From NCBI RefSeq assembly GCF_900079115.1, contig NZ_LT549890.1:690001-722000 (forward strand): DNA of 32,000 nt. Direction: 5' to 3'. Positions 1 through 9,113 of the stretch are shown in pieces; within the stretch, counting starts at the first letter, position 1; every line of letters starts with the position of its first letter. This DNA is from Saccharolobus solfataricus (GTDB taxonomy: Archaea; Thermoproteota; Thermoprotei_A; Sulfolobales; Sulfolobaceae). The notes beneath the pieces are model-generated. The model saw only the letters and a program-made list of their open reading frames with translations, searched no databases and was not told where the DNA came from. A program made the position numbers and the translations under genes.

Positions 1-41
1 CGTACAATTCTAATAATAAGAGGAGAATTCTGAATTTTTCT

Positions 42-1308
42 CACGTGGTGAAAACGACGTGCATAGTCTCCTCTGAACACCGAGAAAGTTAGAGAAGCTT
101 GACGAATGAATCGAAGGACAAAACCTTCTTACACGTGGACTTGAAGTTAAAGAGAAGATGATTCACTAGATTCCACGCAGAATCCAGAACCGTGTAATAG
201 AGGAACAAGAAGATCTTATTACTCAACTTCCTAACATACCTTATCCTTGCCTTCCTAACCTTGAAACCCTCCTCAACCTGCCACCTCAACCTATAGAGTT
301 CAGCCAGTTCATAGGGATCTCCCTCGAAGTTCGTCACGAACATAAAGTGCCTCGGCTTTCCCTTAACGTAAACCACATCGTAATAATAAAGCCCTTCAAA
401 TTCCAAGACCCTATACGCAACGTAAACCTTGTCCTTAACCTCGTATCTCTTCTCAACTAATGGAACGTTAGATAGTTCCTTGAATCCCTTCAAGTTCGAC
501 TTCCCTCTCACAATGGTCTTCACGGGCATTTCCTTGATGACCCCTAGGTTCAAGAATCCGGCGTCAGCTACAACGTAATCTATTTCCATGTATTGGCTTA
601 CTTCCCTCACGCTCCTGAGTAGGAACTGTGATGGACTGTCGCTTCTCAAATCTGCTACCTCCACTAGGAGGGGTAACCTTAAGGGATATACGAGGTCCAA
701 GGATCTCATCTTTACTCCTTTTCTCTTCCAGTTGTAGAGTAGAAAGCCCTCTGCTTTTTCTTGTTCCTTTTCTCCCACGGTTAATCCGGTCTCATCTACA
801 GCGACTACGTTGATCTCTCCCTTTACTTCTCTGTAGATTGGGTAGAACTTGAAGGTTCTCTGACCTTTACTAATTACTTTCTCGCCTCGTCTTACTACCT
901 TCAAGTAGTATTTTCCTCTGTTTCCGGTTAGCAAGGATGGTGCTGCTTTCACTATTTCCGGGTCTAGATCTTGAGAGATAACGTTAATATTGTTTGTTGC
1001 TAAATTTATAGCGAGGGACTTCAGCTCCGTTTTGGATACTTGTATGGTTTGCATAACGGAGTTATGGAGTCCCTCGCTTTAACCTTTTCTTGTTCATCTC
1101 GTCCTTCCACCTACTTTCCTCTATTGATAATACTAGACAAATGGTATTACTCTTTATATATAAACTCGTTTTCTGTTAGTTTCTTCAACAAATATGAAAA
1201 TTTTTTGCTTCTTGTGTTGAAATAAGCCGATTTTTCTAACTCCGCTCTGATATTTTTCTCTTCCATAGAAATTGTATCATTTTGAGTAAAATTGGTGAAA
1301 CACCACTG
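42..1308 (-). mobile_element. Insertion sequence of the IS4/IS5 superfamily (about 1.2-1.3 kb, Sulfolobales ISC12xx size class); termini approximate
   Basis: Single DDE transposase ORF (89-1054) plus about 250 bp of non-coding tail. There is only a weak terminal inverted match, CACGTGGTG (42-50) vs CACCACTG (1301-1308). The flanking FAD-oxidase ORF starts abruptly at 1310 without its N-terminus. Ends cannot be fixed from a single copy. Confidence 0.5.
89..1054 (-). CDS. DDE transposase (IS4/IS5 superfamily)
   Basis: 321-aa ORF. Acidic contexts VVAVDETG and YVVADAGF, and an exact Y-x2-R-x3-E-x6-K block (YRLRWQVEEGFKVRK) typical of IS4/IS5 enzymes. Confidence 0.85.
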   Translation of the reverse strand: MQTIQVSKTELKSLAINLATNNINVISQDLDPEIVKAAPSLLTGNRGKYYLKVVRRGEKVISKGQRTFKFYPIYREVKGEINVVAVDETGLTVGEKEQEKAEGFLLYNWKRKGVKMRSLDLVYPLRLPLLVEVADLRSDSPSQFLLRSVREVSQYMEIDYVVADAGFLNLGVIKEMPVKTIVRGKSNLKGFKELSNVPLVEKRYEVKDKVYVAYRVLEFEGLYYYDVVYVKGKPRHFMFVTNFEGDPYELAELYRLRWQVEEGFKVRKARIRYVRKLSNKIFLFLYYTVLDSAWNLVNHLLFNFKSTCKKVLSFDSFVKLL

Positions 1309-1309
1309 A

Positions 1310-2368
1310 TTGAAATTATGTGATGAGTATAGAATTCCATTAGTGCCAAGAGGTGCGGGGACTTCTACTATAGGGCAAGTCCTTCCTATTTACTCCTCAA
1401 TTATATTAGACATGAATGATATGAAGGAGGTTATAGAGATTGATGACAAATGGGTTAAGGTCACTCCCAGCGTGAAGATTTTAAGGACTTTAGATTACTT
1501 AAGGAGAAGGGGGAAGGAGTTAAGGGTTTACCCTAGTAGTTTTTACATCGCGACATTAGGGGGATACATAGCCGGAGGAGATGTTGGTATTGGATCCTTC
1601 CAGTACGGTTATCATTTCGATAATAACGGTATTAATTCCGTGAGAGTTTTAGGAGTCACCGGTAAGTATACTTTAAATGGAAAGGACACTTTAGCAGTGG
1701 CTCAAGCAGCAGGTACTACTGGAGTTATAACTGAGGCGGAATTGGCGATAATAGACTATGAAGACTGGAAAGATCAATTAATAAGGTTAAATGATTTAGA
1801 AGAGGTAGTGAAGATTTTAAAGAAGTTAGGAGAGTTTAGGAGTAAAATTAGGAGAATCACAGTAGAGGATTATGAGGCATTATCCTTAGTTGGGAAGGAT
1901 AGGTTAGATAAAGTAGGGAAGTGGAACGTTATAGTAGCGAGTACTTTAAGCTTCGGAGAGGAGGTTAATTTGAGGTTTTTAGATGAGTTAGCTTTCGCTG
2001 CTATTTACGTTACGATGAGTAAGCTGACTAAATTTAAGGATTACTTTTACGAGGTTAGGTTGCTTTCTTTGGATAGCTTTCTGAGGGTTGTTAAACAAGT
2101 TAAAGAAGCTCTAAACTCTAACGTTTTAATACACGGTGATGTAATGACTTTAAGAGGTGAAATAATAATTTATACTGTATTTATTTCTGATAAATCAAAT
2201 TTTGAAATAATAGACTCGATAATGCTAAAGGAAGGGATACCGTTTGAAATACACTCAATAGAGGTAAACGATAGGGTTGATGAGGAATATAGACTTGAAT
2301 TAATGAAGAAATACAAGCGAATTATGGATCCACATAATATTCTGAATCCAGGGAAGTTGAGACTATGA
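1310..2368 (+). pseudogene. FAD-linked oxidase (GlcD / D-lactate dehydrogenase-like), 5'-truncated by the IS
   Basis: IPLVPRGAGTS FAD-binding motif lies at residues 9-19, whereas it normally sits about 60-80 residues in. The ORF begins with TTG directly after an in-frame stop at the IS edge. C-terminal ...DPHNILNPGKL is typical of this family. Bases 21-44 read RRILNFSH, which could be the displaced upstream piece. Confidence 0.65.
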
Positions 2369-3255
2369 TGCTTAAATCATTAATTGATGCTATAGAAATA
2401 CTCGAATCTAAGGACCCTTTAAATCTACTGAGAAGTAAATTAAAGGGTGTGGAGTACGAAGAAAAGAAAATAGGAGAAGTAACTTTCGTAAAGGTATATT
2501 ACGGGAGTGGGGGAAGGGAAAAGGTTGAGATTTTAGGTAGATTAGGAGCAATTCAGATGCAAAACGCAAGCAAAGGATTGGTTTCAGATGCCGATGGTGC
2601 GATAGTAACATTAGCTGTACTTCTAGAGCTCTTAAACCTTAAGGAGAAGGGAATAGCTTTAGACTTAGACGTATCTTTCGTAACGAATATTTCACTTAAC
2701 GCTAAGCTAATTCCCCATCAACCATTTAACTTTATGGTACCTCTTATAGGATTAGATGAGGCGTTAAAGGAAGAAGTAGACCCTAAGGCTGGCCTAATCC
2801 TTTCTATAGATTCAACTAAGGGAAATAGATTAGCTAAGTTTGATGACTTCGCTCTTACACACGTAATTAAGGACGGTTATATATTGAAATTAAAAGATGA
2901 GGTAATAGACATTTATAATAGAGTAACTGGACATGAAGTGTATTTAGTTTCTTTAACTACGGGCGATCTAACTCCATTAGATTTCAATGTTTACCATATA
3001 AGTACTTTAATTTCCCCTTGGCTGTATACGGATTCACCAATAATCGGCATAGCTACTGTTTCTAAGCAGATGATTCCTGGTTACGTTACGGGGGTTCAAG
3101 ACATAGAAATGTTAGAACACGCTTCTAGATTCTGCCTAGAAATGCTAAAATACGTTGAAGGTGGAGGTAAGGTCTATGACGAGAACGAGTTAAAAGAATT
3201 AAAGGAGAAGTTAGGAGAATCTAACCTACAGAGGGTAAAGAAATGGAAAACGTAA
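2365..3255 (+). CDS. Conserved hypothetical protein (possibly DUF1177-like; not verified)
   Basis: 296-aa ORF overlapping the upstream stop by 4 nt (ATGA) and the downstream M20 gene by 13 nt, so it is operonic. No motif I can assign with certainty. Confidence 0.6.
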   Translation: MMLKSLIDAIEILESKDPLNLLRSKLKGVEYEEKKIGEVTFVKVYYGSGGREKVEILGRLGAIQMQNASKGLVSDADGAIVTLAVLLELLNLKEKGIALDLDVSFVTNISLNAKLIPHQPFNFMVPLIGLDEALKEEVDPKAGLILSIDSTKGNRLAKFDDFALTHVIKDGYILKLKDEVIDIYNRVTGHEVYLVSLTTGDLTPLDFNVYHISTLISPWLYTDSPIIGIATVSKQMIPGYVTGVQDIEMLEHASRFCLEMLKYVEGGGKVYDENELKELKEKLGESNLQRVKKWKT

Positions 3256-4033
3256 TTAAGATATTATCGGAATTGGTATCTTTTAAAACATATAACTCTC
3301 CTGGAAAAGATTACGATAAAATAGCTTACTATCTAAGGGATCTATTTGAAAGTATAGTTTTTCTGTTGAGTTAATTGAAATACCAGAGGAATATTTAGAT
3401 AGAAATTATATTTATTCTCCAAGACATAAAGGAAATAAAAGGATAATAGTTTTAGCTAAAAATAATGATGAGCCTTTAATTCACTTCAACGCTCATTACG
3501 ATGTTGTTCCCGCAGGTAACGGATAGTTAACAGATCCCTATAAACTGAAATTGGTAGGTGATAAGGCTTATGGAAAAGGAGTATCGGACATGAAGGGAGG
3601 AGTAGTTAGTATGTATTTAGCCTTAAGTGAAACTAAAAGACCAGTGGAAATTTCACTGGTCCCAGATGAGGAGAGCGGAGGTATAGGTACTAAATATTTA
3701 ACTGAAGTGAGGAAAATAAGAGCTAAATACGTAATCATAGGTGATCCTAGCTTCCCTAATATATACATAGGGCATTTGGGAATAATAAGGGGTGTTATTA
3801 GGCTTATTGAGAAACAAGCTCACGCAAGCAAGACTAAAGAAGGAGAAAATGCTTTCATAAATGGGGCAAAATTAGCTTTAGAAATACAGAAAATTTATGG
3901 TGTTAAAGAAGTATCGTTAAATCTAGGCGGATATACGATCAACTCTTCAGATAATGATGGCGTAGTTCCGGGGGAGTTTGTTTTCAGTTTCTACAGAAGT
4001 ACTTTACAGAAAAATGAAAGCCTCGCCATTCAC
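3243..4033 (+). pseudogene. M20-family metallopeptidase (ArgE/DapE/CPG2-like), frameshifted, nonsense-mutated and cut by a MITE
   Basis: MENVIKILSELVSFKTYN... then a frameshift near 3355-3362. NAHYDVVPAGNG is followed by TAG at 3524-3526 where W is expected. Next comes GDKAYGKGVSDMKGG...PDEESGG (M20 metal/catalytic motifs). Coding similarity stops at the MITE end at 4034. Confidence 0.8.
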
Positions 4034-4288
4034 GGTAGACTCAAAATCACCTCCTTAAGCGTTTCTACTAGATGGAAAAATTCTCTGGATCAATATCCTA
4101 TTTGAAGATTATTTTGGGAGGAGGTTGTATTATAATCTTGCTTCATCATGTAGTAATGCACCTTCTCCCTCACCTTAAACCTTTCTCCAATTTATTAAAT
4201 CTTTCATATTGTTACAAATTTCTTATCTTTATGAATAATACATTATTATATCAAGGTTATTTTTTGTAATACGATTTTTGGGTCTACC
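4034..4288. mobile_element. MITE derived from the IS5-type element at 17412-18500
   Basis: Terminal inverted repeats GGTAGACTCAAAATC / GATTTTTGGGTCTACC. The left ~60 bp and right ~170 bp are near-identical by eye to the two ends of 17412-18500 (e.g. CACCTTCTCCCTCACCTTAAACCTTTCTCCAATTTATTAAATCTTT in both). No transposase. Confidence 0.75.
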
Positions 4289-4354
4289 ATAAAGTGCGAG
4301 GCATTCATTTTTCTGTAAAATAGTTATCACGTTAAATTCAATAAAACCGTGGAG

Positions 4355-5422
4355 TTAAACTAACTTTTCCATAATTTCCGTTAACTTATTTGCGTGGTTT
4401 CTCCAAGAGTATTTCTTACTTGTTTCTAAAGCGTTAATTGAAAGGCTTCTTCTAAGCTTGTGATTCTCCAAAACCTCGTTTATTCTGTCTACAGCCTCCT
4501 TCCAATCTTTTACCACATAACCGTTTTCCCCTTCAATTACGAATTCCTTTCCTCCTAATCCGTCATTTGCTATTACAGCCGTACCATTACATAGAGACTC
4601 TAAGACAGCCATACCTGGTCCTCTTTCATTAAATCCAAAGCGTATAGTTAAGGACGCTTTTTTATAAAGTTCCCTCAGTTTATCTTCACTAATATTGCCA
4701 GTTACTATAACTTCTGGGTATTTTCTTTTAAACTCCTCCATAGTATCCCTTCTTGCCCAAGATCCCGCCATTATTAGCTTTCCCTTTATTCTTTTAGCTA
4801 TCTCGCCGTAAATTTCTGGTTTCCTCCCCTCATCCCACATTGACACCGTTAGAACGAAATTTTCCTTGTCTTCTTCAATCTTATCTATTGGATAACAACC
4901 TGGATATAACACTTCAGCTTTTATACCTTTATCCTCTAGGATTCTTTTGTTCCATTGTGAATTTGTAAGAACGATTTTAGCGTCTTCCAGTACTTTTCTT
5001 TCCATTACTTTAGGTATTAAATATTTAATACCCTTTAAAGTTAAAGAAGTTTCATGAAGGTATATAGCGTAATCTTCTCCATCAAATACCTTACGTAAAT
5101 AACCAGTAATCCCAGCAAATTGATCGTGAAACAGTGCGGGACCCTTAATAATTCTAGACGCCTTAACTATAAGATCTAAATCCACAGTTGCCTCATCACC
5201 CCTATTTTTAGCGTAAATTTCCGTTATCCTCCTAAAGAGAGGTGTGAGAAATCCTTTCTCTCCTTTCCTTCTCAAGAATTCAACGTATATTCCACTGAGA
5301 TCGTAATTGTAGAAGGATTCTCTATATACTAATAATTTAGCCTTAGCGTTCCTAGCCTGTTCCACTGCAATTCTGGCAACTCCTCCATTCCATAAAACTC
5401 TTAAAGCGATGGTAAACATCAC
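4355..5422 (-). CDS. Glycosyltransferase, GT4 / group 1 family
   Basis: 355-aa ORF with the C-terminal GT-B signature region ...FNERGPGMAVLESLCNGTAVIANDGLGGKEFVIEGENGYVV (E-x7-E type). The likely start is ATG 5419. Confidence 0.85.
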   Translation of the reverse strand: MMFTIALRVLWNGGVARIAVEQARNAKAKLLVYRESFYNYDLSGIYVEFLRRKGEKGFLTPLFRRITEIYAKNRGDEATVDLDLIVKASRIIKGPALFHDQFAGITGYLRKVFDGEDYAIYLHETSLTLKGIKYLIPKVMERKVLEDAKIVLTNSQWNKRILEDKGIKAEVLYPGCYPIDKIEEDKENFVLTVSMWDEGRKPEIYGEIAKRIKGKLIMAGSWARRDTMEEFKRKYPEVIVTGNISEDKLRELYKKASLTIRFGFNERGPGMAVLESLCNGTAVIANDGLGGKEFVIEGENGYVVKDWKEAVDRINEVLENHKLRRSLSINALETSKKYSWRNHANKLTEIMEKLV

Positions 5423-5442
5423 ATATTATCTAAAAAAGGGCG

Positions 5443-5453
5443 TAAATATAAAA
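5443..5453 (-). promoter_or_regulatory. TATA box for the GT4 gene
   Basis: TTTTATATTTA on the minus strand, centred about 29 nt before ATG 5419. This matches Sulfolobus leaderless promoter geometry. Confidence 0.4.
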
Positions 5454-5470
5454 GTTAACCTAACTTTCTC

Positions 5471-5580
5471 CCGTTTGTCCTTACACTTTCATTTCACTCA
5501 TTTTATTAAGTGTAGGGACTTAGCCCTCAACCACCTTTTAGGTGGGTCATGGGAGCCCAACAGCACGGGGCTCACATCTC
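5471..5580 (-). mobile_element. Orphan right end of an ISC1316-like IS200/IS605 element (tnpB 3' tail + RE hairpin, omega-RNA-like scaffold remnant)
   Basis: Aligns by eye with 10240-10378: CCGTTTGTCC(C/T)TACACTTTCATTTCACTCATTTTATTA...AGTGTAGGGACTTAGCCCTCAACCACCT...GGTGGGTCATG...GCCCAAC(A/G)GCACGGGGCTCACATCTC. There are two small deletions and no upstream tnpB body. Confidence 0.75.
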
Positions 5581-5675
5581 TATAATTTGGGCATAGCCCA
5601 CATCGGTGTGAGAGATCATCTTTTTATCAACAAAAGCATTATAAACTAATATAAAAAGTTTTCTATTAACATGAA

Positions 5676-6244
5676 GAGTGTGTCCAATTATTTTTGTTTT
5701 TTGTATAAAATTTTAGTAGGGCGGTGAGATGGTAATATAATATGAGAAGCAAGTTGGAACGCCTCATCGCCCTTAAGTTATGTTTTTCATTAAACATTTC
5801 CCCTCGTACTAGGGATGAAGTTGCAAGAGTTTTATCAGCCTGTTGAGGAGGGTCGAGGCATTATTTCACGTATTGTGTCGGAGGAAGTTGGGCGAGTACC
5901 CTCACCCTATGCTTTTGATGAGAATTAGGGTAGTCAATAACTCAGTTTATTGGGTCGTGAGGGATTTAAACACGGTATTTGTGGTCTGAGACTAGGATTA
6001 AACTTTGAGGGATTAAGCTTGACTGGTAAAATACTTCACGACGGTGGACCTTGGTATACTTTCTGCTTTTGGTGCAAAGCATGAGACATTCAGTGAACTT
6101 GGTAGAACAAGCAGAAGTTTGAAGTTAAGGCTTGCAAATTGGTAAACACTTCCTACACAACGCTTCAATAATGAGGTGGATTAAGACGTTCTTTACTTTA
6201 TACAACCTATTACAACAAGGTGAATAAAATTGTTGGACACACTC
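5676..6244. mobile_element. Decayed IS remnant (possibly IS6-like) bounded by 12-bp inverted repeats
   Basis: GAGTGTGTCCAA (5676-5687) and TTGGACACACTC (6233-6244) are exact inverted repeats. The interior translates in broken frames to transposase-like pieces (e.g. ...ILHDGGPWYTFCFWCKA..., ...TQRFNNEV...). Family assignment is weak. Confidence 0.35.
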
Positions 6245-6260
6245 GCTGAGTAGTACAAAA

Positions 6261-6270
6261 ATTTATTAAA
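6261..6270 (+). promoter_or_regulatory. TATA box for the A-B-C cassette
   Basis: ATTTATTAAA centred about 26 nt before ATG 6291. Confidence 0.4.
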
Positions 6271-6290
6271 ACGTAGGCTTAAAATAACGT

Positions 6291-6524
6291 ATGGAAAGTC
6301 GCAACGTGGTTCTAAACTTTAACTCTGTGAGTAATGCTCAAACCCCTTACACTACTTACTCCTTCTCTTCCTCAAATACAATTGTTATTGATAACAAATC
6401 TGGCATCATAATAAGGTTCAAGCCTCACTGGACAAGAGTGGAGTACCACGAAGGAAAGGTAATTATTTACCGAGACGAAGACGGAAGCGTAAGTATCGTC
6501 GAGGTAGAATACGAAGATGAGTGA
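6291..6524 (+). CDS. Small protein A (77 aa), unknown function
   Basis: ORF with a promoter-like TATA upstream. Its C-terminal motif VEYHEGKVIIYRDEDGSVSIVEVEYEDE is shared with the paralogue at 15528-15791. It overlaps the next ORF by 8 nt. Confidence 0.6.
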   Translation: MESRNVVLNFNSVSNAQTPYTTYSFSSSNTIVIDNKSGIIIRFKPHWTRVEYHEGKVIIYRDEDGSVSIVEVEYEDE

Positions 6525-6936
6525 GGCCGTTTATACATTTGACGTGACTCTAATTAAACCTACCGTGTTCAAGTTCACAATTGGGGAGGAAATAGTCACC
6601 GTAATGCTTTATCTCATCCCTCAAGCTGTTATAATTTCAGAAAAAGAAGAAGAAGGAAAGAAACTTCCCTCAGTAGTATCGATGGGCACCCTCACTGTAG
6701 TGTCTAATAAGCCAAAAATGGGTGAGTTATGCTCTGCAGATAAGTTCTCAAGGCACACGCCTTTTATTCCAAAAATAGAAATTGTGAGCAATGGAGTGAC
6801 TGAGGTTAAAGTTAACTATATGAAGATTAAGATTAGCGCAAAAGTCACTAACGTTAACGTTTACCCAGATTTGAGAGATAGTTTGGGAAACCCGTGTGTG
6901 AACGTTTCATGGATTCAATTGATAAGTGTAGAATAG
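6517..6936 (+). CDS. Small protein B (139 aa), unknown function, beta-rich
   Basis: GAGGT about 11 nt upstream of the ATG. Shares the motif NKPKMGELCSADK with B' (NSPKFGEPCSPQK). Confidence 0.6.
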   Translation: MSEAVYTFDVTLIKPTVFKFTIGEEIVTVMLYLIPQAVIISEKEEEGKKLPSVVSMGTLTVVSNKPKMGELCSADKFSRHTPFIPKIEIVSNGVTEVKVNYMKIKISAKVTNVNVYPDLRDSLGNPCVNVSWIQLISVE

Positions 6937-7298
6937 AGTGCAAATTCGTTGAGAACAAGGATAAAAGGGAGTTTCTTGCTGAAAGGCTTAACAATCTCAC
7001 GAGGTATTTAGAGAGAATATGCAGGGCTCTAAACGACGTCTGTAAAAATTCGGCAACAGTGTCTTGTTACCAGTGCTTTGACGAGGTAAACAAGGCTTAT
7101 AATACTGCCGTCTGTGAGGATTCGTGCAAGGGGAAAAGTAGGTTATCGTTTTGCTTCTTACTGAGTGAGGGGCTAATACTTAATGTTATAGCAGAAGACG
7201 AAGGAGGATGCAGAACAATAATTACTTTTTACCCCATTAATAGAGACCGTGAAAGGACTATAGAAAAGAAGTGCGATAAAATATTCAACCAGGTTTAA
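6894..7298 (+). CDS. Small Cys-rich protein C (129-134 aa), unknown function
   Basis: ORF overlapping B. The likely start is ATG 6909 (MDSIDKCRIEC...). It has 11 cysteines. A faint decayed echo (VLERLNTFTKPLAIL vs FLAERLNNLTRYLERI) lies on the minus strand near 13750-13790. Confidence 0.55.
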   Translation: MCERFMDSIDKCRIECKFVENKDKREFLAERLNNLTRYLERICRALNDVCKNSATVSCYQCFDEVNKAYNTAVCEDSCKGKSRLSFCFLLSEGLILNVIAEDEGGCRTIITFYPINRDRERTIEKKCDKIFNQV

Positions 7299-7318
7299 AC
7301 GAGAGACTATAAGTGAAG

Positions 7319-8422
7319 TCAATCGAGAGAAACCATCAACTTACGATAAGACCACATGTTCACTGTAAACTTATTACCCTTCTCCTGCACAATGTTAAAT
7401 GGATAACCTAGATAAATTGTTGACACTCCTAGTTCGTGGAGTGTTTCAATAAGGTGAGAAGCTAAGTTACGATATAGATGAGTGAGCCTCCTAGTTAGTT
7501 TCTTAAAAAACCTCCTCTTTTCCCTCAACAATTCTAGGTACGCATCATATTCACCAATGTTTCTGGTTCTGTCAGCTAACGATTGCACTTCTGAAATCCT
7601 TCTTTGGAAGTAAAAGTAGTCCTCCTTTGTTCTAACACCCTTATACAACAACCAAGTTCCGTCGTTAACTACTACACTAGCTATTACGTTGATGCCTAGA
7701 TCGATTGAAGTTACTTTGTTTCCCTTTGGTTTGGAAATCTGGATGGACTTTCTCTCACCCTTGACGACGTGCTTACTCTTCTTTCCAGTTTCCTCAACAC
7801 CTACTTCAATTGGTATGTGAGCATACCAAGCGTTCTTGGTCTCGTCAAAAATTATTTCTAATCTACCTTGTTTACCATACCATTTGAGTCTACCGACAAA
7901 GTCTATCTCCATGTTAAAGTCCTTGTGATTTCCAGCATCTACCTTGTAACGATCTTGTCTAACAACTAGTATTTGCTTTCTTTTCCCTGCTTCTCTGTCC
8001 TTCCAGTATCTAGGCGGAGAAACGCGGTTCATGTGTGGTGGTAGTTTTCTTTCCTTCTTCAGTTTTAACAAGGAGAAGAAGGATGACCACGCTTCATTAT
8101 TCTTCTGAAGGACAGCTTGAGCATTAACACCCAGTATAGTCTTGTACTTCTCGTAGTATTTGTTCCACGTTCCCTTAAAGTCTACTTTCCCTTCGTGAAA
8201 GAATTGTTGCCTCCTTTCGAAGTTAACTTCGTTGAAGAGCTTTGCAGAGAGATTAGCTAACCTCCTCAGCTTTCTTTCTTGAAAACCATTTGGAAGAAGA
8301 CGTACTACATTGGTTCTTCGATTTGAGTATTTAACTTCGTAGACACCCTCCTCTGGCATTGCGGGAGTAGGAGTCGGCTCCCGCTCCTCATCCCCTAAGA
8401 GTTGACCAGAGGAGGGTGCCAT
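7319..8422 (-). pseudogene. tnpB: tnpB, C-terminally truncated (367 of about 459 codons)
   Basis: The protein is near-identical to 13904-15283 up to ...NMWSYRKLM. Visible differences are 6 substitutions and a 4-codon deletion (HKLILKDFDM vs HKDFNM). It lacks the Zn-finger and last RuvC segment. Confidence 0.85.
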
Positions 8423-8483
8423 AACTACTCGTTATTGCTGAAGTTTAAATAGCTTTACCCTGCCCCTAGAAGGGGCGAGGTTT
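7334..8483 (-). mobile_element. 3'-truncated copy of the ISC1476-like IS200/IS605 element (left end present, right end missing)
   Basis: Left-end sequence AAACCTCGCCCCTTCTAGGGGCAGGGTAAAGCTATTTAAACTTCAGCAATAACG... matches 13843-13903. Homology to the full copy stops near 7334. Confidence 0.8.
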
Positions 8484-8517
8484 TTCCTTTTTAATAAGAA
8501 GATTGTTATAGAGTCAA

Positions 8518-8615
8518 ATGTTCAAGAGAATATTAGTAGGATTTGATGGTTCTAAGGAATCTTTAAAGGCGTTAAATTTAGCTCACCACTTCAAGTCATT
8601 AGCTGAGAATTTGCA
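8518..8615 (+). pseudogene. N-terminal fragment of a universal stress protein (UspA-like) gene
   Basis: [22 protein letters not shown]... is a typical Usp N-terminus. The reading frame then runs straight into TnpB-like sequence. Confidence 0.4.
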
Positions 8616-9092
8616 AAAGAAGTATCCTAGAAGGATTCTACACAGAATTAGTTCTTTTCATCAAAAGGCTAAACGAATTATGGAAGACTTCTCTAGGAAA
8701 GTGGGTTGTTGAGATTGCTGAGAAATTGGGTGCCAACGTTATAAAGTTGGAGGACTTGAAGAACCTCATTAAGAACGTTAATAAACTGCCAGCTGAGTTT
8801 CACGATAAACTCTATTTGATGCAATATCGTCGTATTCAGTATTGGATAGAATGGCAGGCTAAGAAGCACGGAATGATTGTTAAATATGTTAATCCATAGG
8901 TACTCTTCCGTCTCTTGTCCAAAGTGTGGTAAGAAGATGGTTGAGATTGCTTTTCGCTGCCCCTCGTTTGATCGTGACGTCGTTGCTATCACGAATTTAA
9001 ACAAGGGTGGTTCTCTGGACCACCCGACTGCCCACCAGATGAGGGATGCCGACAGTTTTCGACAAACTATGAAGTTTAAATACTTTGCGTAA
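8616..9092 (+). pseudogene. tnpB: tnpB C-terminal fragment of a third IS200/IS605-type family, frameshifted
   Basis: ...[20 protein letters not shown] / [22 protein letters not shown]...[25 protein letters not shown] / [14 protein letters not shown]...[10 protein letters not shown], read across two frameshifts (about 8697 and 8897). The second half of the Zn finger is partly deleted. Confidence 0.65.
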
Positions 9093-9113
9093 TTATATTA
9101 TTAAGGATACGTT

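Noticed and set aside
628-813. Plus-strand ORF (61 aa)
   Set aside because: Antisense inside the DDE transposase gene.
1040-1225. Plus-strand ORF (61 aa)
   Set aside because: Lies in the non-coding end of the IS. It is AT-rich with no support.
32-1262. Direct repeat CTGAATTTTTCTC (32-44) / CTGATATTTTTCTC (1247-1260) as a possible target-site duplication of the first IS
   Set aside because: The repeat is imperfect, and the sequences just inside it show no inverted-repeat relationship. It cannot be distinguished from chance T-rich similarity.
2408-2611. Minus-strand ORF (67 aa)
   Set aside because: Antisense inside the 296-aa ORF.
3568-3768. Minus-strand ORF (66 aa)
   Set aside because: Antisense to the M20 peptidase motifs.
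4072-4269. Plus-strand ORF (65 aa)
   Set aside because: Lies entirely inside the MITE, and the same sequence is non-coding in the parent IS end.
8693-9004. Minus-strand ORF (103 aa)
   Set aside because: Antisense to the TnpB fragment, whose sense-strand translation carries clear family motifs.
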